Assembly: GCA_029258735.1 (NCBI GenBank)
Contig: JAPDKD010000002.1
Location: forward strand, 1-52,547
DNA length: 52,547 bases
Direction of reading: 5' to 3'
Source: an archaeon
Lineage (GTDB): Archaea; Thermoproteota; Thermoprotei; Thermofilales; JAPDKD01
The notes beneath the pieces are model-generated. The model was not told where the DNA came from and did no database searches. It was given only the letters and a program-made list of their open reading frames with translations. Positions 41,693 through 51,565 of this stretch are shown here, one piece after another. The number at the start of each line of letters is the position of its first letter. Position 1 is the stretch's first letter. The translations under genes were made by a program, and so were the position numbers.

Positions 41693-43098
41693 TTAGTGTT
41701 CGTGATGGTGGTGCCAGGCTTCAGGTTCTCTTAGGTTGAGGAACGCTCTTTCCACTACTTCGGACAGGGCGGGTGTATGTGCATCCCCCTGAATATGGGT
41801 ATAGCTGAGCGTGCGCCAGTGTACATTAGGGTTACTATTTCCTGTATTAGTATCGAGGCCTCAGGTCCAATTATGTGTGCTCCCAGTATTCTATAGCCGT
41901 CCCTATCCACTATCACTTTAGCGAAGTAGTCTTTCACCGTCATCGCTTCGCCCATGGCTGTGTCTTGGTAGCGGTAGTAGCCTACCAGGATGTCGTGTTT
42001 CATGGCCGCTTCCTCCTCTTTCATGCCTACGCTGGCTATTTCTGGCTCGGTGAAGATAGCGTGGGAACGGCGTGGTATGTTACCCTGACTTGCTCGCCCA
42101 GGAAAGCGTTGTAGAAGACTATTTGGGATTCGTAGTTCGCCTTGTGCTTGTACATGTGTATGCCGTTGGCGTCGCCGCAGGCCCATATGTCCTCCTTGCT
42201 TGTTCTTAGATATTTGTCGGTAATTATCCAGCCCTTCTCGTTTGTTTTTACGCCCGTCTTTTCTGGCCTAGTTATGTCCGAATTTGACGCTCTGCTAGCG
42301 GCTATCAGCATCTCGTCTACCTCTACTTCGACTGTGTCTCCTGTTTCTGTTTTCGGCTGTGACTACTTTTCTTTCGCCTCGTTTTCTGACTTCCACGACC
42401 TCGTGGCTAGTCTTTATATCCATGTATTTGGCTAGGTCTTGCTGGAATAGGCTGGAGATTTCAGGTTCTTCGTGGGGCATTATGCGGGGCCGCCTTCCGA
42501 ATATTGTTACCTTTGATCCCATCATTGCTAGGAAGAAGCCCAGCCCTACTGCTATGTATCCTCCGCCAACTATTGCTATGCTTCTCGGTAGCTTTCTTAG
42601 GTCTCTGAAGAAGTTGTCGTTTGTGAGGTAGCTTACTTCCTCTAGCCCGTCGATGGGAGGTATGTAGGGCTTCGAGCCGGTGCAGAGGAGTATCTTGTTT
42701 CCCTCTATTTCTTCTTCTCCCACGTCTACCGTGTAGTCTCCTACGAAGGTTCCATTGATCTTGTAGAGGTCCACTAAGGGGTGATGCTTCAAGGATTCCT
42801 CTATTTGCCTGCTTTCGCTGCTTATTGATCTATGTGTTCTCTCCATTATTCCGGTGAAGTCTATCGAGTTTATTGTCGCGTTTATTCCAAGCCTTTTCGC
42901 CTCCTTTATTCTCCTAGCCGTTATGGCCGGGTATAGGAGCATTTTTGAGGGTATGCAGCCCCTGGTTAGGCATATGCCGCCTACCATGTTGTTTTCTATG
43001 ACGGCTACGCGTATCGGGTGGCCTGAGTTGAGGAGTTCGGAGACTATGTTGAGCGATGAGCCAGTTCCGAAGGCTATTACGTCGTAGTGTTTAACCAT
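41693..43098 (-). pseudogene. Class I pyridine nucleotide-disulfide oxidoreductase (dihydrolipoamide dehydrogenase/mercuric reductase-like), disrupted by about four frameshifts
   Basis: - The gene is split over ORFs 42295..43098 (FAD site GTGSS, redox CLTRGC), 42036..42311 (WACGDANG) and 41755..42186 (dimerisation domain, ILGAHIIGPEA).
- Frame switches are at about 42350, about 42065 and about 41770.
- After the last switch the expected HIHPALSEVVERAF...EAWHHHHEH* end is readable. Confidence 0.75.
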
Positions 43099-43161
43099 TA
43101 TAATCGCCTAGTGCTTTAGAAGGGAGGCGGAATTAAAACTTTATGACGGCGTAATATCTCG

Positions 43162-43932
43162 TTATCCCAGCATTACGTCGAGGACAAGCATTGTTACTAG
43201 CCCAATTATTAGGCCGTACGTTGCTCTTCGCTCGTGGCCTACGCGATGAGTTTCGGGGATCATCTCGTCGCTGACCACGAATATCATGGCTCCCCCGGCG
43301 AACCCCATAGCGTAGGGCAGGATGGGGTGAGCGTAGGCTACAGCTACGGCACCTATTATAGCTAAGGGGAACTCGACTAAGCCTGAGAGGAAGGAAGTGA
43401 TGAATGCTTTACGCCTCGATGAGTTTTTCACGGAGAGAAGGGAGAAGGCTATCGAGAGCCCTTCTGGTATGTTCTGTATTCCTATGGCTATGGCTAGTGC
43501 TAGCGCGTCAGCCGTTAGGCCGGAACCCGCTCCCACACCTACGGCAAGCCCTTCAGGCATGTTGTGAAGAGTTACCGCTATCACGAAAAGCCACACAGCC
43601 CTTAGCCTTTCGGCATGTTTACCCTCTACTCCTATTATTTTATGCATGTGCGGGATTATGCGGTCTGCTAGACCGATAGAATATGCTCCTATTAGGATTC
43701 CCAGCACTGCTGGCGCTATTCCGCCGAGTTCTATTCCCGGAAGTATTAGGCTTGTGAAGCTTGCTGCCAGCATTACTCCTGACGCGAAGCCCAAGCCGAT
43801 GTCTAGGAATTTCTCTGGAAGCTTTTTTAGGAAGAGGACGGGTAGAGCTCCAGCCGCATTTAAAGCAGTGGTTAAGCTGCCAGCTAAAACCGCGAGAAGC
43901 AAAGGGTCAAGAGTTTCAAGCCAGCTCAACAT
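43162..43932 (-). CDS. ZIP-family divalent metal (zinc) transporter, ZupT-like
   Basis: HNMPEGLAVGV and IGIQNIPEGLSIAF are the conserved ZIP TM4/TM5 motifs. 256 aa with about eight TM helices. Confidence 0.8.
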   Translation of the reverse strand: MLSWLETLDPLLLAVLAGSLTTALNAAGALPVLFLKKLPEKFLDIGLGFASGVMLAASFTSLILPGIELGGIAPAVLGILIGAYSIGLADRIIPHMHKIIGVEGKHAERLRAVWLFVIAVTLHNMPEGLAVGVGAGSGLTADALALAIAIGIQNIPEGLSIAFSLLSVKNSSRRKAFITSFLSGLVEFPLAIIGAVAVAYAHPILPYAMGFAGGAMIFVVSDEMIPETHRVGHERRATYGLIIGLVTMLVLDVMLG

Positions 43933-44223
43933 TCACCACCTAATAAGATGCTTGTATTCCGGGTGCTTCTTGAAAAAACGTACAGCGTAATTGCATACTG
44001 GCTTAATATTGAGTCCTCTTTCTTTGGCGAAGCTCAGGATTGCTCGCATTAAGTGTGCCGCTAAGCCTCTTCCTCGATATTGGGGTTGCGTATAAGTGCT
44101 AATAATTATGATTGTGTTTTCCTGCACTTTGTATATCACGTGCGAGGCTTCGATGCCGTTTATTATAAGCTTGAAGCGCCTAGCCCGTGGGTCGTGAACT
44201 ATGCGGTACCTTTCTTTGCTCAT
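43933..44223 (-). CDS. Small single-domain GNAT-like acetyltransferase (YjdJ-type)
   Basis: 96 aa. QPQYRGRGLAAHLMRAILSFAKERGLNIKPVCNYAVRFFKKHPEY fits the mini-GNAT family pattern. Confidence 0.65.
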   Translation of the reverse strand: MSKERYRIVHDPRARRFKLIINGIEASHVIYKVQENTIIIISTYTQPQYRGRGLAAHLMRAILSFAKERGLNIKPVCNYAVRFFKKHPEYKHLIRW

Positions 44224-44261
44224 TGATTTTTAGATTATAGTCGTACTAATAGCCTTAATGT

Positions 44262-45716
44262 TTACAAGTATTTTACTACGTAAAATGAGCCTTTCAAACG
44301 GCTGTAGCCGCGCTTGAAATAGTATTCCCTAGCACCTATGCCTGAGATTACCAGCATCTTTTTTGCGTCGAATTCTTCAGCCGCTATCCTTTCAGCCTCT
44401 GCCAGTAGTTTGCTGCCGAGGCCCTTGTGTTGCCACCATTCCCCCTCTTCGCCCACAGGGGTTGCAGGACCGTATACATGAAGCTCCCTAACTATCGCCG
44501 TTTTGTTGTCTACCTCCCATCTGCGGGCTCGCTCGCTTGGTACGCGCAGTCTCAGAAATCCGTAAATAAGGTCTCTAGCGGCGTCCTCGAATGAGAGGAA
44601 GACTTCATGCCCCCCGCTTGCCTCGTAGTCTCGCCGCATTATCTTCATGTCTCTTGGATCCGGAATTTCTCCGGTTCTTAGCACGTATCTGCCAGCTTCC
44701 CTGCACCTTATGCACCTGCATTTAAGGCCATGATCTTTCATGTACTTCCAGACTACTTCACGAAGGTTTGTTTTCTTATAGCCAGCTGCAACCCAGTTCG
44801 AGGGGACGTCTCTCTGAACTCTTATTATTCTCACGTATGGCGGCGTCAGTGCTTTTACCTTGGCTATAAGCTTTATCAGGGTTTCATCGTCGTAGGGCTG
44901 GTATTTTCCCTCCTTCCACCACTTGTAAAGCTTGGTTCCCGGCACGACTATTGTTGGATATATTTTTATGTAGTCTGGGCGATAGTCCGGGTTCTCGTAT
45001 ATCTCTCTAAAAGCTTGATAGTCTCGGTCGGGGTCAGAGCCGGGCAGCGCGAGCATCATGTGATATGTAACCTTGTAGCCTGCGTCCTTCAGTATTCTAG
45101 TTGCTTCTATACTGTCCCTGACTGTGTGGCCGCGCTTAACTTTCTCCAATATATCATCGTATATTGTTTGGACTCCAAGCTCTACTCTTGTTGCTCCGAG
45201 GTGGAGAAACCAGTCCACGTGCTTCTCTTTGCTCCAGTCGGGCCGCGTCTCCAGGGTTAGGCCGACGCAGCGAACCTTAGCCTTCTCGTTTTTTAGCTGC
45301 GCCTCTTCCAGCGAAATTTCGTTGGGCGGCTCTTCCTCGGGGAACCTGTTCATGGCTTCCAAGGACATGGCTACAAACCATTCCTGGTAGTTTCGAGGCA
45401 TCGCCGGGAAGGTTCCTCCCATTACTATCAACTCGATTTTGCTGGGGTAGTGTCCCATACCTATGTACTGGCGTAGCCTAGCGTTCACCTGCCTATACGG
45501 GTGATAATTGAAGAGCAAAGCACGCTTAACGGCAGGGGAGTCCTCCACGTAGCTTTGAGGCGTTCCCTGGCTTACTCCGCCGGGGCAGTAGATGCAGCGT
45601 CCGTGGGGGCATGGATAGGGCTTGCTCATCACTGCTACAACGCTTACTCCAGATAGCATCCTAGTTGGACGCTTTATTTTTCTGAAAAGCTTTAGTCCAG
45701 GCAGCTCTTTGCTCAT
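44262..45716 (-). CDS. elp3: Elp3-type radical SAM/GNAT tRNA wobble-uridine modification enzyme
   Basis: The radical SAM region is CPHGRCIYCPGG. This is followed by a TIM-barrel region and a C-terminal GNAT (WQHKGLGSKLLAEAERIA). The length of 484 aa fits. Confidence 0.85.
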   Translation of the reverse strand: MSKELPGLKLFRKIKRPTRMLSGVSVVAVMSKPYPCPHGRCIYCPGGVSQGTPQSYVEDSPAVKRALLFNYHPYRQVNARLRQYIGMGHYPSKIELIVMGGTFPAMPRNYQEWFVAMSLEAMNRFPEEEPPNEISLEEAQLKNEKAKVRCVGLTLETRPDWSKEKHVDWFLHLGATRVELGVQTIYDDILEKVKRGHTVRDSIEATRILKDAGYKVTYHMMLALPGSDPDRDYQAFREIYENPDYRPDYIKIYPTIVVPGTKLYKWWKEGKYQPYDDETLIKLIAKVKALTPPYVRIIRVQRDVPSNWVAAGYKKTNLREVVWKYMKDHGLKCRCIRCREAGRYVLRTGEIPDPRDMKIMRRDYEASGGHEVFLSFEDAARDLIYGFLRLRVPSERARRWEVDNKTAIVRELHVYGPATPVGEEGEWWQHKGLGSKLLAEAERIAAEEFDAKKMLVISGIGAREYYFKRGYSRLKGSFYVVKYL

Positions 45717-45755
45717 CTTCTTCTATTTTTTATAATTTGTGTGGGCTTAATATTA

Positions 45756-48458
45756 TTAAGATTTGGATAAGAATATTGTTTTTAGGGTCTCTATTATGAT
45801 AAAGACGGCTCCAGCTATAGCTATGGCTTGTATCCAGTCGTTGCCTGTTGGTGGAACTACTTTGAACGCTACAGCTAGAGGCGGTACATAGAGTATCATT
45901 AGTTGCATCAGAAGAGAGGCTATCAGAGCCAGTATTAGGAACTTATTTTTGAACACTCCAACCTTAAATACTGAATATCTCAAGCTCCGCGTAGACAAAG
46001 CTAGCAAGAGTTCTGTTAGGATCATCGATGTGAATAGCACCGTTCTCGCTTCAGTCTCACTTTTCCCTAATATATGGTAATTGTAGGCAAAGTCTCCAAG
46101 CAGTAAAGCACTAGCCAGTATTGGCGTGAACACTAGGAACAAAAGAACCTCCTGCCTTGATAGAACTGGCGCGTCTGGCTTGCGCGGCGGCCTTTCCATT
46201 ATATCTGGGTCTGCCGGGTCTATGCCTAGAGCCAAGGCTGGGAGACCGTCGGTTACCAGGTTTATCCATAGGTAGTGTACGGCGTAAAACGGTAGAGGCA
46301 GGGCGAAGAAGGTGGCTAGGAGGGGTATTATTATCTCAGCTATGTTGCACCTAAGGAGGTAAGAAAGATATTTCCGGACGTTTTCAAATATTTCGCGCCC
46401 CTCCTTCACTGCTGCTACTATGGTTGCGAAGTTGTCGTCTGCCAGTATCATGTCAGATGCTTCCTTTGCAACTTCTGTTCCAGTTATTCCCATAGCGATG
46501 CCTATGTCGGCTGCCTTGAGTGCTGGAGCGTCGTTTACTCCGTCCCCAGTCATAGCGACTATATGACCGCGTTTCTTCAGAGCCCTGACTATCGATAGCT
46601 TGTGTTCTGGCGACACTCTAGCGTATACTCTAGTTTTCTCAACTACTTTGAGGAGTTCGTCGAAGCTCATGGTGTCTAGGTCTGCTCCGGTGAGAACGAG
46701 GTCGCCTTCTCCGTAGAGTCCGAGCTCCTTCGCTATGGCTACGGCCGTTAGCTTGTGATCCCCCGTAATCATAGCTACGGATATGCCTGCCCTTCTGCAG
46801 AGTTCGAGAGCTTCCTTCACTTCGGGCCTCGGAGGATCCATCATTCCCACTAGGCCTAGGAACACCAAGTCGCTTTCGTGTTTTTCGTGAGGCGAGGATA
46901 CTTCCTCCTCGCCGGCAACGCGGAAGGCAAAGGCCAAGTTTCTGAGGCCTTTCCTAGCGAAATCGTCGTTTACTTTCTTTATTTTTTCTCTTTCCTCATC
47001 TGTTAGCTCGACTATTTCGCCATTTTTCATTATGTATCTGCATAGGCTAATTATGACTTCAGGCGCGCCTTTAATGAAAAGGTAGTACTCGTTTTCGGGC
47101 GTTTTGTGAAATGTGCTCATCCTCTTCCTCTCGGATGAGAAGGGTATTTCGCCTATTCTTGGATATGTTGACTTAACTTCTTCGATATTTATGCCCGCTT
47201 TTTCGGCTAAAACTAGTAGAGCCCCCTCTGTCGTATCTCCAACTATTGTTCTTTTTTCTTCTACTTCTTCTATTCTTGCATCGTTATTCAGCACTCCGGC
47301 AAGCAGTAGCAATTCTAGCTCTTTTACCTTTCTTGGATCGACTTTTTCCCCATTGATCAGTAGTTCTCCTTTGGGATCATATCCTGAGCCTGTAACGTCA
47401 ATTATCCTGTTGGATACGTAGATTTTTCTCGCGGTCATTTCTCCCTTGGTCATTGTACCAGTCTTGTCGGCGCATATATAAGTGGTGCTGCCTAGCGTTT
47501 CGACGGCTGGCAGACGTGTTATTATCGCGTTCCTCTTAGCCATCCTGTACATGCCTACTGCGAGAGCGCCAGTTACAACCGCGGGCAGAGCCTCTGGTAC
47601 CGCTGCTACGGCTAGGCTTATGGCCCAGAAAGCCATCGTCAAGATATCGTATTTCCAGATGAATATCCCAACTACAGCGACGAATGCTGCTGTGCTTAGG
47701 CTTAAAGCTGCTAGGAGCTTGCCCAGATATGCCATTCGGCGCTCAAGAGGCGTTTCTTTCTTGCCTGCTTCCTGTATTGTTTTTGCTATCTTACCCAGCT
47801 CTGTGTTATGTCCCGTGGCTACCACTACTGCTGTGCCTTTGCCATATGTTACTACGGTGCCCGAAAAGACCATGTTAATTCTGTCGGGAACTGGCGTTTC
47901 GGGCGGAACCTTGCCCGAAGTTTTTTCGACACTGTATGATTCGCCCGTTAGCGGAGCTTCGTCAACGCGCAGGTTTATGGATTCTATTATCCTGGCGTCT
48001 GCAGCGACCTTATCTCCAGCCTGCAGGATAAGGATGTCGCCTGGAACTACTTCACTCGCCTTAACCGTTACTTCTTTGCCGTCGCGAAGCACGCGCGCTG
48101 TCAAAGCCGCCATTTTTTTGAGGGCTTCTACTGCTCGTTCGGCCTTATATTCTTGGTAGAAACCGAGCAGGGCGCTTGCAATAACTATAGCTACTATAGT
48201 AATGGCATCCGTTAGTTCACCTATTAGGAACGATAAGCCTGTCGCTAGGAGAAGCATGAGAACTAGTGGACTCTCAAATTGGCCTAGGAGTATTCGCCAG
48301 GGCGATACGCCTTTCTCCGTTTTTATCTCATTAGGCCCATATTTCTCTAATCTCTTTCTGGCTTCATCATTTGATAGACCTTCGAGGGATGTGTCGAGCT
48401 TCTTAAGTACTTCCTCTAATTCCAGTGCGTGCCATCGGACTTCTTCGCCAGCCTGCAT
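45756..48458 (-). CDS. P-type cation-transporting ATPase, P2 (Ca2+/Na+-type)
   Basis: It has a Cation_ATPase_N-like start (WHALELEEVLKKL...GLSNDEARKRLEKYGPNE). Further motifs are TGES, DKTGTMT, TGDHKLTA and MTGDGVNDAPALK. 900 aa. Confidence 0.9.
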   Translation of the reverse strand: MQAGEEVRWHALELEEVLKKLDTSLEGLSNDEARKRLEKYGPNEIKTEKGVSPWRILLGQFESPLVLMLLLATGLSFLIGELTDAITIVAIVIASALLGFYQEYKAERAVEALKKMAALTARVLRDGKEVTVKASEVVPGDILILQAGDKVAADARIIESINLRVDEAPLTGESYSVEKTSGKVPPETPVPDRINMVFSGTVVTYGKGTAVVVATGHNTELGKIAKTIQEAGKKETPLERRMAYLGKLLAALSLSTAAFVAVVGIFIWKYDILTMAFWAISLAVAAVPEALPAVVTGALAVGMYRMAKRNAIITRLPAVETLGSTTYICADKTGTMTKGEMTARKIYVSNRIIDVTGSGYDPKGELLINGEKVDPRKVKELELLLLAGVLNNDARIEEVEEKRTIVGDTTEGALLVLAEKAGINIEEVKSTYPRIGEIPFSSERKRMSTFHKTPENEYYLFIKGAPEVIISLCRYIMKNGEIVELTDEEREKIKKVNDDFARKGLRNLAFAFRVAGEEEVSSPHEKHESDLVFLGLVGMMDPPRPEVKEALELCRRAGISVAMITGDHKLTAVAIAKELGLYGEGDLVLTGADLDTMSFDELLKVVEKTRVYARVSPEHKLSIVRALKKRGHIVAMTGDGVNDAPALKAADIGIAMGITGTEVAKEASDMILADDNFATIVAAVKEGREIFENVRKYLSYLLRCNIAEIIIPLLATFFALPLPFYAVHYLWINLVTDGLPALALGIDPADPDIMERPPRKPDAPVLSRQEVLLFLVFTPILASALLLGDFAYNYHILGKSETEARTVLFTSMILTELLLALSTRSLRYSVFKVGVFKNKFLILALIASLLMQLMILYVPPLAVAFKVVPPTGNDWIQAIAIAGAVFIIIETLKTIFLSKS

Positions 48459-48495
48459 GGAGGAACCCTAAAACCATTCGCGGCCATAACTTAAA

Positions 48496-49200
48496 TTAAT
48501 GTCTAACGACTTTTTCGGCAACCGCGACTATCGGAGGGGTAAGCGACACTATAAAGGGAACCTCTGTGACGTAGGTCCAAAGAAACCACAACAACGCAGC
48601 AATAGCCGATAGATTAGACTCGCCGTTGGGCAACGTGAAGAACTGACTATAAGCATATACGCCTACCCCTATAATTGCCGACCCAACCAGCAAGCCTGTC
48701 GAGGCAGCGAAAACTATGCCAGCGGCGTTCTCTTTCATTGAAAAAATAGAGGTTATAACTACTGCTATAAACATGCCTGCGAGGAAAACAGCGGCTACTT
48801 CCCATGGAAGCCAAGCCATTCTCCAGCACACAATAGTTATTAATATGGCGCCTAGCTGCTCCAGTACTGCGGCAGCCCCCCATTTCCTTCCCCGTCTCTT
48901 ACTTAATAGACCCACCACGTAGAATCCCGCAAAATTTGCGGGAACGCCTACACTTAGACTTAGAAGGGCGTTGCCGTGTATCGCCATGTCGCTTATGAAT
49001 ATTCCTAGGGCTGCGCCTGTGCCGCCGACCCATGGACCGAAAACTATTGAAAATACTGCAGGCACAAATACGGAGGGCCAGAACCTAACGACGCCCACAA
49101 CCGGTGCGAATATTCCCAGATAGCTAGCGTATCCTATGACGGCATATAGCACGCCGCATATACTGGCGGCTGCTATTTCTAAGCTCCTTCTGGCCATCAC
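48496..49200 (-). CDS. Polytopic membrane protein, possibly ECF-transporter S-component/QueT-like
   Basis: 234 aa with 5-6 TM helices. VRFWPSVFVPAVFSIVFGPWVGGTGAALGIFISDM resembles S-component loop/helix motifs. The functional call is weak. Confidence 0.4.
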   Translation of the reverse strand: MMARRSLEIAAASICGVLYAVIGYASYLGIFAPVVGVVRFWPSVFVPAVFSIVFGPWVGGTGAALGIFISDMAIHGNALLSLSVGVPANFAGFYVVGLLSKRRGRKWGAAAVLEQLGAILITIVCWRMAWLPWEVAAVFLAGMFIAVVITSIFSMKENAAGIVFAASTGLLVGSAIIGVGVYAYSQFFTLPNGESNLSAIAALLWFLWTYVTEVPFIVSLTPPIVAVAEKVVRH

Positions 49201-49350
49201 AACACCGAGTATATACGATGCAGATAGGATAAATTTATACTAATTTCTGCTTTAGAGGGACTGACATAAAATGCGAGAGTATTTTATTGTAACAGCTTAT
49301 TTTCAAGTTTAATTTTTAATGTTTAAGATCATTAAAAATCATTGAGAAAA

Positions 49351-50313
49351 ATGCTCGACGTTGTATGTATCGGCGAGATATTAGTGGACATGATTCCCTC
49401 AAAGCCAGGAAGCTACGTTGAGGTGCCATCTTTCCTTAAAAACTTTGGCGGGGCACCCTTCAACGTAGCTATTGGAGTCAGCAGACTAGGTAAAAAAGCT
49501 GGAGCAATAGCGGCAGTGGGCTCCGATCCCTTCGGAGAATTTTTAATCCATACACTTAAAGAAAACTCCGTAGACACATCTCAAATAGTAGTTAAAAAGG
49601 CCCGCACAACACTCGCATTCGTACAACTGGAACCATCTGGAGAAAGAAGCTTCTTCTTTTACAGAGAGCCTTGGGTATTAACTGCTGACACGTTGCTATC
49701 GCCTGAGGACGTCGACCCAAATTACGTCGCTCAGGCAAAGATACTGCATACCTCAGGTGTTGCCTTGACGAGCGAGCCCGAAAGAAGCGCGGTGTTTAAA
49801 GCAATAGAGGTAGCTAAAAAGCACGGCGTAATGTTCGCCTTTGACCCTAATTTGCGCCTAGACCTGTGGAGGGAAGAACAGAAGATGCTTGAAACCTATG
49901 AAAGGGCTTTCAAGGTGGCGGATATAATATTTTTAGCGAGGGAGGAAGCTGAATACTTTTTTGGGACGGCGGAGCCTAGAAGTCTTGCCAATCAAGTCTT
50001 GAATAAGTATTCTGAAGTAAAGTATATTGCGTTAAAATTAGGGGTGAAGGGAGCCTACGTGCGAGTCAGAGACGGGAGAGAAGCATACGAGCCTGCATTT
50101 AAGGTAAAAGTTGTGGATACTACGGGGGCAGGCGATGCCTGGGCGGCGGCATTTGAGGTCGCATTGCTGGAACGTGTGCCCCTAAAGAAGGCGATAAGAT
50201 TCGCGAATGCGGTGGCGGCGCTAAAGTGTACAGGTTATGGTGCAATATCTAACCTACCTACAAGGGAAAAAGCAGTAAGTTTCATGGAAAAATATGGAGA
50301 TAGCGTGGAGTAA
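49351..50313 (+). CDS. PfkB-family carbohydrate kinase (fructokinase/KDG-kinase-like)
   Basis: N-terminal DVVCIGEILVDMIP, the GG motif (NFGGAPFNVA) and the C-terminal DTTGAGDAWAAAF ATP-site motif are present. Confidence 0.8.
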   Translation: MLDVVCIGEILVDMIPSKPGSYVEVPSFLKNFGGAPFNVAIGVSRLGKKAGAIAAVGSDPFGEFLIHTLKENSVDTSQIVVKKARTTLAFVQLEPSGERSFFFYREPWVLTADTLLSPEDVDPNYVAQAKILHTSGVALTSEPERSAVFKAIEVAKKHGVMFAFDPNLRLDLWREEQKMLETYERAFKVADIIFLAREEAEYFFGTAEPRSLANQVLNKYSEVKYIALKLGVKGAYVRVRDGREAYEPAFKVKVVDTTGAGDAWAAAFEVALLERVPLKKAIRFANAVAALKCTGYGAISNLPTREKAVSFMEKYGDSVE

Positions 50314-50425
50314 AACAATTTTATTTACTACAAGGCAAAAATAAGGGAATAAAGTTTACTTAAGGTAAGTGAATATTTTTTAGATGGTAAAACGACGTGA
50401 TGAAGGGCGCGGCTGGAGGTTCGGT

Positions 50426-51565
50426 ATGAAAGTTTCGATAATAATTCCATCTTATGGCGGTGGCAGGCGCCTGCTACAGCTCGTAGATCATCTCATAAAT
50501 GATAATCATAATGAAAAAGAAGTTATAGTAGTTATAGATCAGCCGCGCCCCGAGATAGTAAAAGAGCTGCGAAAAAGACCCGTGAAGCTTATCCTGAGGG
50601 ATGAGAGAGGAGGAAAAGTCACAGCACTAAACGAAGCCATTAAACAAGCAACCGGAGACATGTTCATCTTCTTAGATGACGACGTCGTGCCGAACGGCAA
50701 CGGCTTCATACAGGGCATAGTAGAAAAGATGAACGGTTACCACGTGGCTGAGATTAGAAAAGTTATAATAGGAAAAAGCTTGCTTGCCCGAATGGTTCAC
50801 TACGACTATGTAGGCTATAACTACGGTAACTACTTGTTCTGGAAACACCTAAAGCGCTGCGTGGGGTTCAACGGTGCCGCTTTCGTTTTAACGCGAGAAG
50901 GAGTAAAACGTGTCGGCAGCTTCAAGCCAGCGGTTGCGGAGGACCTAGAATTCGGGCTAAGAACTTTTCTAGCAGGACTAGATTTCCGATACATAGTTAC
51001 TCCATATGTATATAACGACCCACCCCCCAGCTGGCGAGATTGGTTTAAACAAAGGGTACGCTGGGCTGTTGGAGCCGCACTATGGGTTAAAGGACACTGG
51101 CGAGTTCTCGCGCGTCTAATAATGCAAAACTTGGTCTTTGCAATGCTTATTCTCCTGTTTCTCCTACCCAGCCTCATAACCCTATCTGCAGCTCTCCTGG
51201 CCAACACTAACCTTATGGACAAGATCGCCCTACTAGTTCTACTTTCAATATCCTCCTTCCACCCAGGCTTCATACCTATAGCGGCCGCCCTTTCCTACAA
51301 GCTACTTTACGCGCTAATAAAAGCAGGCATCATTTCTGTCATCTCATACTTTGCGTACAGCATTTTCTATTATCAGGCATCAAAAAGGGTGAAGCTACGC
51401 TTTAACCCCATAGATTTCGCAATATTCTTCTTCGTGTACTCTCCGCTATGGTTTCTCATGCTTCTCTCAGGATTCATAAGGGTATTCGTTTTTAGGAGAA
51501 CCACGGTAAGCGACTGGGTAGTTCCGGAAGAAGACGAGGAAGAGTCAGAGAAACCAGTCCAATAG
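50426..51565 (+). CDS. Family 2 glycosyltransferase, membrane-embedded processive type
   Basis: VSIIIPSYGG and FLDDDV (DxD) are present, together with the Q-R-V-R-W (QxxRW) motif typical of processive beta-glycan synthases. These are followed by 4-5 TM helices and an acidic tail. Confidence 0.75.
   Translation: MKVSIIIPSYGGGRRLLQLVDHLINDNHNEKEVIVVIDQPRPEIVKELRKRPVKLILRDERGGKVTALNEAIKQATGDMFIFLDDDVVPNGNGFIQGIVEKMNGYHVAEIRKVIIGKSLLARMVHYDYVGYNYGNYLFWKHLKRCVGFNGAAFVLTREGVKRVGSFKPAVAEDLEFGLRTFLAGLDFRYIVTPYVYNDPPPSWRDWFKQRVRWAVGAALWVKGHWRVLARLIMQNLVFAMLILLFLLPSLITLSAALLANTNLMDKIALLVLLSISSFHPGFIPIAAALSYKLLYALIKAGIISVISYFAYSIFYYQASKRVKLRFNPIDFAIFFFVYSPLWFLMLLSGFIRVFVFRRTTVSDWVVPEEDEEESEKPVQ

Noticed and set aside
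47482-48159. 225-aa plus-strand ORF antisense to the P-type ATPase (and similar antisense ORFs at 8722..9153, 19902..20483, 25330..25872, 44730..45260, 50830..51273)
   Set aside because: All lie fully inside long ORFs with strong family signatures on the other strand. Their products are Ser/Thr/Arg/Leu-rich without motifs.
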